A stretch of 64,000 bases of DNA from a virus (lineage: Duplodnaviria > Caudoviricetes). This document shows positions 54,376-64,000 of this stretch, piece after piece (within the stretch, counting starts at the first letter, position 1; each line of letters begins with the position of its first letter). The translations under genes were made by a program, and so were the position numbers. Below the pieces are notes generated by a model, which worked only from the letters and a program-made list of their open reading frames with translations, was not told the DNA's origin and ran no database searches. The stretch covers positions 1 to 64,000 of IMG/VR virus record IMGVR_UViG_3300010163_000009, one strand, 5' to 3'.

Positions 54376-55491
54376 ATGGGTTACTTTAACAGTGTATGGT
54401 CTAACCTTGTTTTCAATACAGGAAATGCGACCTCTCAATTTGTAAATAGTCTTAACTGGCGCTATCAAAACATGCAAGGGGGGATTGAGTATGTGTCCCA
54501 ATCCGCCTACAAAAGTGTTTTGGTTCATATAGCCAAGCAACTTGCCATGTCAACTTTGGAAGGAGAGTTAAACAGTCTTCTTCCAAAGTATGAGAAGTAC
54601 GCTCGTGATAAGATGAGGGATGCGATGCGTGTTCAACAAGATGCGAATCGTAAGGTTCTCATTAACAATGGCAAAAAATCAACTGAAGATTTCGGATTTA
54701 TTATATGCGAGGGTGGTCACAAACTTATCGCAAAGACAAAATATGGCACTCCGGTTCCAGAAGCACTTATTCTGTCGTTTGATGGCCAAGAGAAAGTACA
54801 TTATGAAGATGTGTTATGGGATGAAAATTCAGTTGAATCTTATACTATAAAGAAAAAGAGTACACTTGAAAAGCTATGGAATCCCGGCAATGAAATTGAA
54901 CACACATCTCAGTCTTACAAATCAGATCCTTTTGATACAAAGACCGTGTTTCATATAGACCTTGCGCCAAAAGTTTCAATGAGCAGTAATAAAAATGTCA
55001 TTCTTACGCAAGTACAAGGCAGGGATTTTACTCGAAAAGAACTTGTGTCAGGTGGAGATATGACTTATACTATTAGCGGCTCTATCGTTTCAAATGATGA
55101 AGGTGTGTACCCTACTGAAGCCGTGAAACGCTTTGTGAAAATCATGCAATACAATGGCGTGGTTAATGTTAACTTTATTACATTCGGATTGCTTGGCGTT
55201 ACTCGCGTTATTATTAAGGATTTCTCGCTGGATTCCATTGAATATAAAAATATTCAACCTTATAGTTTTACATGTGTAGCTGTAGAGCCTGACGATGCCA
55301 TAAGTCTTCAGGCCGATACAATTGCGACTATTAATAAAGACCTTGCGGATTCAAAATGGGACACTTGGTATAAATCTATTCTTGATAACAAATTGGCACA
55401 AATGGCTGCTAAGACAGCTTTGAATGTTGCAACAAGTGCGGCGACATCTTCAGCTGGTGCCGGACTGGATGAATTACTTCCTAATATTTAA
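54376..55491 (+). CDS. Tail/baseplate initiator-like protein (DUF6046-like)
   Basis: Follows the tape measure gene; KNVILTQVQGRDFTRKELVSGGD. Confidence 0.6.
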   Translation: MGYFNSVWSNLVFNTGNATSQFVNSLNWRYQNMQGGIEYVSQSAYKSVLVHIAKQLAMSTLEGELNSLLPKYEKYARDKMRDAMRVQQDANRKVLINNGKKSTEDFGFIICEGGHKLIAKTKYGTPVPEALILSFDGQEKVHYEDVLWDENSVESYTIKKKSTLEKLWNPGNEIEHTSQSYKSDPFDTKTVFHIDLAPKVSMSSNKNVILTQVQGRDFTRKELVSGGDMTYTISGSIVSNDEGVYPTEAVKRFVKIMQYNGVVNVNFITFGLLGVTRVIIKDFSLDSIEYKNIQPYSFTCVAVEPDDAISLQADTIATINKDLADSKWDTWYKSILDNKLAQMAAKTALNVATSAATSSAGAGLDELLPNI

Positions 55492-55501
55492 TTAGTATAG
55501 T

Positions 55502-56983
55502 ATGGCAGATTTTGATACAAATAAACAACCTGGTTATCACATTCTCATTTCTCTAATCGAAGTGTGGACACCGAAGGATAAGAAGAAGCCAAATGGCGAT
55601 GTGAATGGTGATATTATGCGCATTTGTGAAGTCGAAGATGTTCAAATCGAAGAATCATTCAAAAAACTGATTGGTACTGCTTCGGTGCGTTTTCCGCGTG
55701 GTACCATTATTCGCAAAACAGTTACCGCCAGAACAGCAGAGGAAGAGAAAGACTTTCAGAAAATCAGTGCCAACCTTTCAAATAGTGGTGTTGTTGAGGA
55801 AACTCGTACAGAAACTTCTGTGGCATCCGTTAACACGTTCAAAGTAGGTCAGCGTATAAAGATTTATCTTGGCTACACAACTGATCCGCTGGTAGCAGAG
55901 ATGGCTAAAACAGGAAATACGGGTAAAACCATTTATAATGATAACGACACGTATCAAGAATACTTGTCCAATTTCAAGAATACCGGCCCAGACTCAAAGA
56001 AGTATATGAGTCTGATGTTTGATGGGTACATTACAAAAGTTAGTTTGGACACTCCAATTGAACTGGAGTGTGAAAACCTTGCCAGTTATCTGAAAACCAT
56101 ATCTTGCCCGAAAGTCAAGCTCAAAAAATGTGAAGTGAAAGATTTTCTTGGGGATAAAGGACAATATAGGATGCTCCAAGATACAGGTTTGATATTGCAT
56201 CCAGATACAGCAGGGATGGATTTTGACCTTGGAGCTGTCGAATTGAGTACTGATTTGACCGTGGCTGATGTGTTAGCAGAATGGGCAAAATATGGTCTAT
56301 TCTGTTATGTCAGTGATTATAACGGGCAGCCAGCCATTCAGATTGGGCGAGCTTATTTTTCAAATCCCGGAAAAGATTCATTGTTGAATGCGACAACCAC
56401 TCCTGTTGTAGTACCTATTCATTTTGATTATCATGTAGCAAATAATGGGTTGACATTGACATCTTCCGATAAAAATTTTTTGGCTGTTCAGGCAAAAGGT
56501 ATATCGTCGGATGATAAGTTTATCAATATTACCATTTTGCGAAATCCTAAATATGACTCGGCAAAAGAAGAGTCTAAGAGTAATTCGCGTTATCGCTATG
56601 TTAATGAAACTAAGTTGAGCAAGAAAGCTTTGAAAGCTGGCAAGAGATACTTGACTGATGCCCCCAATGATAAAGTAGATATGAAGTTATACACACAAAT
56701 TGCTTTTGTATCTAAAACCATTCCGACAACAATCGAAAAGTTATCAGAGGAGGCAATAAAGTATTTTGAAGGGTATAATATGACAGGAATCGAAGGCTCG
56801 TTGACCTTGTTTGGTGATTTATATATCCGTACAGCTCAACAAGTTCAGTTTATTGATAACAGATACCCTGGGAAGAATGGTATTTATTTAGTTGAAGAGG
56901 TAACTACAACCTTTGGCACAGATGGTTTCCGTCAAAGAATTACATTGCCATATTGCATTAAGCGAGAAGGCAACAAAGAGTAA
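55502..56983 (+). CDS. Baseplate hub protein
   Basis: FKVGQRIKIYLGY, FDGYIT, IELECE, GSLTLFG, YLVEEVTTTFG..GFRQ. Confidence 0.7.
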   Translation: MADFDTNKQPGYHILISLIEVWTPKDKKKPNGDVNGDIMRICEVEDVQIEESFKKLIGTASVRFPRGTIIRKTVTARTAEEEKDFQKISANLSNSGVVEETRTETSVASVNTFKVGQRIKIYLGYTTDPLVAEMAKTGNTGKTIYNDNDTYQEYLSNFKNTGPDSKKYMSLMFDGYITKVSLDTPIELECENLASYLKTISCPKVKLKKCEVKDFLGDKGQYRMLQDTGLILHPDTAGMDFDLGAVELSTDLTVADVLAEWAKYGLFCYVSDYNGQPAIQIGRAYFSNPGKDSLLNATTTPVVVPIHFDYHVANNGLTLTSSDKNFLAVQAKGISSDDKFINITILRNPKYDSAKEESKSNSRYRYVNETKLSKKALKAGKRYLTDAPNDKVDMKLYTQIAFVSKTIPTTIEKLSEEAIKYFEGYNMTGIEGSLTLFGDLYIRTAQQVQFIDNRYPGKNGIYLVEEVTTTFGTDGFRQRITLPYCIKREGNKE

Positions 56984-56992
56984 AAAATAACT

Positions 56993-57967
56993 ATGAACGA
57001 TAAGAAAAAGTATCTGACAGACCATTCATCAAACGAAATGATACGCGAGGCTATACGTTCTATAGCTTTAAAAGGTATTGTTAATCGTCAGACAGGCGCT
57101 GTTCGTGGTACATCAAAAGTAACAGGATTCGTCTCCAAAATTCACACAGATGAAAGCGATGAACTGTTCGGAACTATAGATGTGCAAGAATATGCAGATT
57201 GGTCTGTTGCTGAGTCTGAAGATGCCAAAATCGGCTATCACGAAGGTGTGTTACTGACCGCCATTCAGAAAGATAATCAAGGATATATCATAATTCCAAA
57301 GCTTCATTCGGATGTGCTGGTAAGTAAAGACCCTGAGACGGGCAACGAATATGTAACGATGTTTTCTCATGTAGATCTTATCCAGCTTGATTCTCACGAA
57401 AAAATTTCTATTGGAGTCAGAGAGCGTGAAGAATATAAACCGGATGATGAGAACGCACCGGATATTCACGAATTGGAATTGACCGGTGTTCAGACGAATA
57501 CTACCTACGAAAAAGATAAGATCGTAACAACCGTTCAAGGCGAAGATGATGAAAACAAGGTTTATCAAACAATCGACAGCACCCAGATAGCTCAGGTTGT
57601 AGGAGATAATAAAACATCTTCAACTATGACCCAAGACGGTTTGAATATTACACATGATAAGACGAAGCTGGATTTAAATGATGACGAGGCAACTTTGAAT
57701 CAGGGCAAATCAAAAGTCAAAGTGACGGATGGTATAGTTTACTTGGGCAGTGATAGCGGAACAGATGACGCTGTGCTTGGTCAACAGTTAGCAACTATTT
57801 TATCAGACCTCGTTGGCTACCTCGGACAAATGATGACTCCGACAATGATGGGACCACAACCGCCGGCCAACGTCCTTGCAAGTTTTATCTCGCTGAAGGC
57901 AAAAATACAGTCATTTGCTTCCAGTCATAGTGGATTCCTAACGAATAAAGTTCAAATTCAGAAATAG
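56993..57967 (+). CDS. Baseplate spike (gpV-like)
   Basis: OB-like N-terminus, beta-repeat region, AVLGQQL ending. Confidence 0.6.
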   Translation: MNDKKKYLTDHSSNEMIREAIRSIALKGIVNRQTGAVRGTSKVTGFVSKIHTDESDELFGTIDVQEYADWSVAESEDAKIGYHEGVLLTAIQKDNQGYIIIPKLHSDVLVSKDPETGNEYVTMFSHVDLIQLDSHEKISIGVREREEYKPDDENAPDIHELELTGVQTNTTYEKDKIVTTVQGEDDENKVYQTIDSTQIAQVVGDNKTSSTMTQDGLNITHDKTKLDLNDDEATLNQGKSKVKVTDGIVYLGSDSGTDDAVLGQQLATILSDLVGYLGQMMTPTMMGPQPPANVLASFISLKAKIQSFASSHSGFLTNKVQIQK

Positions 57968-57969
57968 TT

Positions 57970-59802
57970 ATGGCAGACGCACAGCTCAATTTTAACGAGG
58001 AAGAACTTGATGAAAAAAGTGACTTATATCATTTGTATGACAGGCTTTATCAGGGGATGGTGAAAGCTAATGAGATTGATCCTCCAACTTTTCCATCTTC
58101 TGAAGATTTGCTTGTTTTGGATGGCAACGGTAATCCGGTTTTCGATTCTAACGGAGAGCCGGTACTTGATCAAGACAAGAAGGAGGAAGTAGATAAGGCA
58201 GCATCGAATTATTCTACCATTCTGATGAAAAACTCTGCATATCTTTTCGCCAATTCCATTTTATCTGTTATGAGCGGTGGAGGTGGAAATGAAGGTGTAG
58301 AAACTATAGGTTTTGTATCTCGTGGTGGTGATTCAATGAAAGGGGCGTTGTCTGCATGGTATGGCTTTGATGCAGGTGTAAACGGACAAAAGATATTTGA
58401 GGTTTCTATTGATGCAGATGAGAAGAAATGGGCTATCGTTCATGGAGGCTTTCAAGTCAAAGGCGATGCTGATATTACCGGAATATTGAATTTTGGAGAT
58501 GGCATTGCATTTGGCAATAACAAAACAATTTATTTAGATAATGATTCGCTTATCATAGAACGTCAAAAAATATCTATGAAAGGCGACATTATGGTTGACG
58601 GCACCTTCAAATTGGGAGATGTTATCATTAATAAAAACGGTATTTTCTGGGATAAATATGAGTTTTATCATTCTGATAATTCTAATAAGTCCGATGTGGA
58701 CTGGACAATGAAAGATGCCAATATACATGGCAATTTGTCAGTCAAGCAAAATGCTTCAGTAGATGGTACCCTTTCTGTTGACGGTGGTTTCTCTTTGGGA
58801 ACCATACAGAAGAATTTGCTTTATTCTGAAACGATAGACCAAATTGAAGAAGATGGTAATGTAACCTCAATAGCTCGCACCGTTCTTGATTCTGATTTGC
58901 GAATCATTAACGGTCATGGAATCAAATTCGATGAAGACTATATCATAAATGTACGTAATAGTCAGGTAGTGTCATTTTCAGCTCCTGGAATGATAATGAA
59001 TCTGGGAGATAGCGACAATGGAAAGCAGACAGGCAAAATATCACTTCAGTCGGATATTTGGGATTACTCAAACAATTTCAAACTTGTTTCTAAAGAAGGT
59101 ACAGGAAACTTTGTTAATGGGCTAAGGGCGCAATGCGCAGTAAATGGCTCTTCTGTACTGGAAACGTTTCGCACAGATACCGATAATTTGGGTGTTTTGT
59201 TTCCTAAGCAAATCCGCTTTGGTACTACCGATGGACCGGCTATTTATCAAGATACAGATACTGGAGGATTGAATATTCAAATACCTTATGTCAACGGTGA
59301 GGCCGAAGGGTATCCAACTGAGCAATTAAAGTTTAACACGTTTTTTGCTCAGACTACTTCTCCATTTAGAAACCAAGCGTTAGACTGGTCTGCAACGCTT
59401 CATTTTATGACTGATGGTGAGTTCTTTGCTTTTGACAAGCCTATTGAAGCGGAATATTTTGCAATAAAAAGTGAGCAATATCACACCAGACTGATTGAAG
59501 ATGCTCTATTCTTTGATGACGGAAAGTTCATTGAAGGAGTAGTTGATGGTCTCCGGTATTCAGGTAACGGGTACTTTGACGGAAATATTTCATCACCCAG
59601 TTTTGCAAGCGGCTTTGCAGGTTACGGGTGGGCTGTCAAATATGAGATTACCAATGGCGGTTTTCATGCTACTGTTGATTCTCTCACTGTTCGCAAGAAA
59701 ATGAGAGTATATGAACTGGAAGTCCAAAAAAATTCAGTTACAAATGGTTCTCTGTGGGTAAGTGATAGTTGCTCAGGAGACGAGGTTATAGCAATAGAGT
59801 AA
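57970..59802 (+). CDS. Tail/baseplate structural protein
   Basis: 610 aa, beta-rich; FASGFAGYGW...DSLTVRKKMRVYELEVQK. Confidence 0.65.
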   Translation: MADAQLNFNEEELDEKSDLYHLYDRLYQGMVKANEIDPPTFPSSEDLLVLDGNGNPVFDSNGEPVLDQDKKEEVDKAASNYSTILMKNSAYLFANSILSVMSGGGGNEGVETIGFVSRGGDSMKGALSAWYGFDAGVNGQKIFEVSIDADEKKWAIVHGGFQVKGDADITGILNFGDGIAFGNNKTIYLDNDSLIIERQKISMKGDIMVDGTFKLGDVIINKNGIFWDKYEFYHSDNSNKSDVDWTMKDANIHGNLSVKQNASVDGTLSVDGGFSLGTIQKNLLYSETIDQIEEDGNVTSIARTVLDSDLRIINGHGIKFDEDYIINVRNSQVVSFSAPGMIMNLGDSDNGKQTGKISLQSDIWDYSNNFKLVSKEGTGNFVNGLRAQCAVNGSSVLETFRTDTDNLGVLFPKQIRFGTTDGPAIYQDTDTGGLNIQIPYVNGEAEGYPTEQLKFNTFFAQTTSPFRNQALDWSATLHFMTDGEFFAFDKPIEAEYFAIKSEQYHTRLIEDALFFDDGKFIEGVVDGLRYSGNGYFDGNISSPSFASGFAGYGWAVKYEITNGGFHATVDSLTVRKKMRVYELEVQKNSVTNGSLWVSDSCSGDEVIAIE

Positions 59803-62330
59803 TGGCAGCACCGGTAAAACTGGGAAAATACCAAATACTGATAGCCCCGGATTCGAAGAAGGTTCAGGGTTTACGAACAGGTGATATTGTGCGTCGTCAA
59901 TATTTTGATGGTGCTAATATCATTTATTCGCTTATGTGTGTATTGTCGTATGGCACAACGAAGCGGTTCTACACAGAGGCGCAATACGATTCTAATGGAG
60001 AACCGATATTCAATCCAGACGGCACTATAGTTACTCAAAACGTTGAGAAAGATGTTCCTTATTTTATAGGCGCTCTCCTTGAAGGTGATGCTCCAAAGAC
60101 TAAAGAACTGCTTGATTTTGCCAGAATAACAAATCTTTTTGATGCTGACCGGTCTGGGGCACTGTATCTTACTGCATCTGACGATAATGCTCCTTTCATG
60201 GATATTATCGATGGGATTGGTCGCAATAAAAGCTTGTGCTGGCCGGAAAACATTGCCAGTGATGCTTTTGAAGATTCACATTCTCAGTATATTGTGAGAG
60301 GAAATGGTTTAACTCAACTTTACAAAGGTAGCGACGGTGATCATAATCGTATTGTTCGTTTGACTCGGAGTGAAACTTCTACAGGTTTTTGTGGGTTAAA
60401 CCAAGATTTTTATGAATTGGTTGCAGCACAGAAACGAGTACTTGTTTCCTATAAAGCAAGGGCTAATAAGGCTGTAATGGTTAATGCTGAAATTGGTTAT
60501 TCTGTTGGTGACGTAAAAGATGCAGAATGGACTGAAGATCTGGCTGAAGACTGGCATTATTATTTCCAGGCTATCAATGTTCTTAATTCAGGAAGACATC
60601 TTCGTACATTTAAACTCGATTTGCAAAATTTAGGTGTAAACGACTGGGTTGAGATCGCTGACTTTAACATTATATTGTTGGATAGCATTTCTAATTTTGG
60701 AGATGCCACTTCTATGCGTATAGGCAAGCTGGAAGGAGTTAATGACCCTGTATTTGGTACACTCACAGGTTATGGAGCTTATATTCAAAAACTGTATGCT
60801 TCACAGACTGCACATATATCCGGTACGCTGACTGCCGGAGATGAAAATGGATTTGCTTCCACATTTTATGCCGGTAAGATTCATCGTAATTGTTTTAGGA
60901 ACTCGTGTGATGTCAATTTTTTGAGTGACATTACAATTGATAATGATACGCTTTTGAATCCGACAGGCATGGGTAATGTGTACAAGACGATGAACTCCAG
61001 CGAATTGATTATGTTCGCTCAGAGCAGAAGTTGGCTAAATGACCATGCAAAAAAAAGGTATTGCTTTTCGTTATGGGGATATACCAAAAAGCCATGCCAG
61101 ATTGGGATTAAGCAGAACGGTAAAGTCGTTGGAACGATACAAATAGCATCAGATCAATGTCACGAATGGCGGCGGCTTCATGTATTCTTTGACTTGCTTA
61201 TACCGGAAAAATATACAGATGACCTATTGATAAGTCTAATACCGACATTCACCAGTTCTATATATCAATCAGTAGCTGGTAGTATCAACCCAGATGAACA
61301 GGTATTGTTTCTAACTGCACCTCAGTTAGAGTCTGGTGAATATTGTACACAATATCAGCCGACCGATGATATTCTGAATGAAACTAATGATTATGGCGCA
61401 TGGTTTGCCCGCGGTGGCATTGGAGGTACAATTCAGAACCCATTGCTTAGGTTGAATTACGATGGAACAGGAGCTATTGATACACGAACAAATTCGTTCA
61501 GGCTCAATCAAGACGGATCTGGTTATCTTGCTAATGAAAATATTAAATGGAATCCTGATGGAAAGGTCACATTCGGTAAAGATGTTACTTTGAATTGGGA
61601 TAATCTCTCCGATGACGCTCAAAATGAAATGGCAAACCGATATATGCGAATCCTTGGGCAAGACACTTTTACCATTATAGGTCAAGAAGATACAACTAAT
61701 GGTAAAACTTGTAGCCCGTCTTCAATTGTAATGACACTTGAAGAAGTTGGCTTTTCATCTGCATCCAGTCAACGTCAATGGTATTTGCAAGTCGGAGATG
61801 AATGGATAGCAATACCTGGAGCGAATGGAAAATCATTGGAGGTGTTTCCGGATTCTTGTTACTGGCTTGGATATGTAACAGATCCTCCTGAAACTGATGT
61901 TAATGGGAACCCGATTACTTATCATGGTGAGAGCAGAGTCTCTTTTCAGTGTGTTATCAAGTTAAATGATTCACGAACCTACACAGACACCTTCAACATT
62001 ATAAAACAATATGTTCAGGGATATACGGTACAGGTCACATCGTCTAAAGGGAATGCTTTTCAGAATGGAGTTTGCTCTACCGTTCTGACGGCCACTGTTT
62101 ATTATCAAGGACAGCCAGTAAATTTGGAGTATGCGTTGGAGCATTTTACGTTCACATGGCACCGATATAAAGATAATGACCTCACTACTGATCTTGGATT
62201 TGAAGACCTTGATGCTACCGATGGCGACAATGTGTTGACATTAAACTATGAGATGGACGGCACCGATGTCTTTGTGTGTGAGATTGGACTTGCAGACCAT
62301 TTCGATTATTCATTTCCTATAATTTTCTAA
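59769..62330 (+). CDS. Tail structural protein with carbohydrate-binding-like domains (likely start MAAPVK at 59802)
   Basis: About 850 aa, beta-rich, in the tail module. Confidence 0.65.
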   Translation: MLRRRGYSNRVMAAPVKLGKYQILIAPDSKKVQGLRTGDIVRRQYFDGANIIYSLMCVLSYGTTKRFYTEAQYDSNGEPIFNPDGTIVTQNVEKDVPYFIGALLEGDAPKTKELLDFARITNLFDADRSGALYLTASDDNAPFMDIIDGIGRNKSLCWPENIASDAFEDSHSQYIVRGNGLTQLYKGSDGDHNRIVRLTRSETSTGFCGLNQDFYELVAAQKRVLVSYKARANKAVMVNAEIGYSVGDVKDAEWTEDLAEDWHYYFQAINVLNSGRHLRTFKLDLQNLGVNDWVEIADFNIILLDSISNFGDATSMRIGKLEGVNDPVFGTLTGYGAYIQKLYASQTAHISGTLTAGDENGFASTFYAGKIHRNCFRNSCDVNFLSDITIDNDTLLNPTGMGNVYKTMNSSELIMFAQSRSWLNDHAKKRYCFSLWGYTKKPCQIGIKQNGKVVGTIQIASDQCHEWRRLHVFFDLLIPEKYTDDLLISLIPTFTSSIYQSVAGSINPDEQVLFLTAPQLESGEYCTQYQPTDDILNETNDYGAWFARGGIGGTIQNPLLRLNYDGTGAIDTRTNSFRLNQDGSGYLANENIKWNPDGKVTFGKDVTLNWDNLSDDAQNEMANRYMRILGQDTFTIIGQEDTTNGKTCSPSSIVMTLEEVGFSSASSQRQWYLQVGDEWIAIPGANGKSLEVFPDSCYWLGYVTDPPETDVNGNPITYHGESRVSFQCVIKLNDSRTYTDTFNIIKQYVQGYTVQVTSSKGNAFQNGVCSTVLTATVYYQGQPVNLEYALEHFTFTWHRYKDNDLTTDLGFEDLDATDGDNVLTLNYEMDGTDVFVCEIGLADHFDYSFPIIF

Positions 62331-62334
62331 CAAT

Positions 62335-62556
62335 ATGGCAATGGACAAACTTACTATAGGTACGAAGACCGCCAATCAAGGGGTCAATGCGAATGGAAAA
62401 TTAACAGCTGTTGAGTTCAATCAGTTGGTTTCCAAAGTAAACGAAATGATTGAGTCTCTAAATTCAAAGGTATATGTCTCTCAAGAAGAGTATGACGCAT
62501 TAGTAGCTAACAACCAAATAATTGATACAGTAGAATATAACGTGTACGAAGAATGA
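62335..62556 (+). CDS. Small tail-fibre-associated protein
   Basis: LTAVEFNQLV, SQEEYDAL. Confidence 0.6.
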   Translation: MAMDKLTIGTKTANQGVNANGKLTAVEFNQLVSKVNEMIESLNSKVYVSQEEYDALVANNQIIDTVEYNVYEE

Positions 62557-62726
62557 TTACAAAAAACAACATAGAGCTCACTGCCAGATATTATGGATTG
62601 AAAACCATATCAGCTGTTTATAGAGGAACAAGACTGATATGGGAGGCTATCAACAGTTGTTTTGGCAGTGGGTATTGGGTTCGAGAAAAAGCCTGGAGCA
62701 ATACTGACTCTTGGCGTAACAACTAA
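62553..62726 (+). CDS. Small tail-associated protein (57 aa, not in the track)
   Basis: MITKNNIELTARYYGLKTISAVYRGTRLIWEAINSCFGSGYW...; ATGA overlap with the previous gene. Confidence 0.65.
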   Translation: MITKNNIELTARYYGLKTISAVYRGTRLIWEAINSCFGSGYWVREKAWSNTDSWRNN

Positions 62727-62737
62727 TAAATACGAGT

Positions 62738-64000
62738 ATGGCAAAAAGAATTATTATCGACGATGACATCCCATCTATTGAAGTGCCTTGGGATGATGGA
62801 ACGCAAGCCTATAGCGGTAGAGCTGTAGAAAAGTTTATCAAAAGTCAATTGTCTTCAAAGATTGGCTATATAATCATTCCACAGACAAAAGACACTGATG
62901 GATATTACCATATTTGGGGATTCTCTGACCAAGCAGCCTATAATGACTATATGACCGACACTGATGCTAATGCTGCGCTTCGGTTATTGAATGTTGCAAT
63001 TCCCTTGCTTGAAGAACAAGGTGGAGTAAGCAATATCGTTAAACTAACCAGAATATCTTCAGGGTCACTTGTAACGAGCAAACCGATTGCAAGCGTGGAA
63101 GTATCTTATTTGTGGCAGCAATATAATCCAATCACTCAGGAAACTACGGATCAAGATGAAGATGCAACTATCGTGGTGTCTTGCCGTACACAAAATGCAA
63201 ACGGTGCGTGGGGGACTTGGGATTCCAGTAAAGAGTTCACTGTGAACATTCAGTCAGGGCAAACCAAGATCATAGACCTTAGCAAGCTGTTGACATCTGA
63301 TGCCACTTATCAAGTTCGTCTGATAGCAACAGGAGAGACGAGTGGCATTTCTGCCAGCCCGGTAACGATGACAATTATCTATTCCAATGTAGCCGTAAAT
63401 TATGAAGGGTCGATTGCAACTGCATACCAAGGTGCAAGCATCCAGTTGCCGTTCCGTATTTCAGGTAGTGTACAAAAACAGCTTCGTATAAAAATCAATG
63501 GATATACCAAGAATTATACACTTGGAACCACAACATATACGGATAATACTTATGGGGCTACTCTCACTCAGGCGGAGTTTACATTAACACGTGGAGCAGT
63601 TAAGGCAGAAGCATGGATTGCGTTTGGAGAAGGATATACTGCTGAAACGGAGCATCAGGAATTTCAGTTCATCTATATTCCAGAAGGAGATACTTCGATT
63701 ACTCCGATTTTGGCCGTTACAGATATTATGGAAGAGTTTCCAAACTGGACGCGTGCTACAATCTTTCGCTATGCCATTTACAATCCGGTAGATAGCGAAA
63801 CCCAGCTAAATATTACGTTACAAGACAGAGATTCTGGTCAAATATATATTCAAAAGAAGATTGTTTGTGTGAATGGTGAAGGATATGATTTCGATGAGAA
63901 TTTTTCTATGGAGTATGAAGGAGATGAACAGCCTAATGTTATCAATGCTCAGGCTGTATTTACCAATGCTGCCGGAGTAACGTTTGGTAATAACATTAAC
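62738..64000 (+). CDS. Large tail fibre/structural protein (partial, runs off the window end)
   Basis: Reading frame from MAKRIIIDDDIPSIEVPWDD appears open to the window end. Confidence 0.7.
   Translation, partial: MAKRIIIDDDIPSIEVPWDDGTQAYSGRAVEKFIKSQLSSKIGYIIIPQTKDTDGYYHIWGFSDQAAYNDYMTDTDANAALRLLNVAIPLLEEQGGVSNIVKLTRISSGSLVTSKPIASVEVSYLWQQYNPITQETTDQDEDATIVVSCRTQNANGAWGTWDSSKEFTVNIQSGQTKIIDLSKLLTSDATYQVRLIATGETSGISASPVTMTIIYSNVAVNYEGSIATAYQGASIQLPFRISGSVQKQLRIKINGYTKNYTLGTTTYTDNTYGATLTQAEFTLTRGAVKAEAWIAFGEGYTAETEHQEFQFIYIPEGDTSITPILAVTDIMEEFPNWTRATIFRYAIYNPVDSETQLNITLQDRDSGQIYIQKKIVCVNGEGYDFDENFSMEYEGDEQPNVINAQAVFTNAAGVTFGNNIN

Larger units (their letters stand above)
1..64000. mobile_element. 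Segment of a large Bacteroidales myophage (phage or prophage) genome
   Basis: Portal, protease, capsid, sheath, tube, tape measure and baseplate genes in order; phage-type replication genes; dense small early ORFs; no host housekeeping operons; Bacteroidetes TAnnTTTG promoters. Confidence 0.95.

Noticed and set aside
1-64000. Stop-codon reassignment as in some large gut phages
   Set aside because: Long genes are intact under the standard code, and TAG and TGA both end genes at sensible boundaries.

Overview
A 64-kb segment of a large, standard-genetic-code Bacteroidales (Bacteroides/Prevotella-like host) phage with a contractile tail. Host assignment rests on TAnnTTTG promoters and a DUF4494-like gene. 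Layout: (i) 1-27.9 kb, a leftward early/accessory arm: RNase HI, NMN adenylyltransferase, two RtcB ligases bracketing a radical SAM + Mrp-like ATPase pair, a Tad2/DUF2829-like fusion, a reverse transcriptase, a C-type-lectin protein ending in a DGR-like variable region, and many small acidic proteins. (ii) 27.9-31.8 kb, a compositionally odd, mostly non-coding region. (iii) 32.9-40.9 kb, a replication module: initiator with intragenic iterons, tyrosine recombinase, NAD-dependent ligase, dUTPase. (iv) 41.1-64 kb, rightward virion genes from portal to tail fibres. The standout is a non-DGR reverse transcriptase followed directly by a 1.3-kb array of eight ~160-185-nt units. The units share a fold and a short CTNTA-N6-TYGAT motif but have unrelated hairpin sequences, and two unknown genes follow them. 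This is a candidate RT + structured ncRNA-array system. Other highlights: a probable -1 ribosomal frameshift fusing portal to a MuF-like head protein, a bipartite phage late promoter (TTTCACCC-N17-TCTATTCTT), a DGR-type target with no template repeat in the window, and an attenuator-like leader. All calls come from reading motifs by eye; no searches were run.
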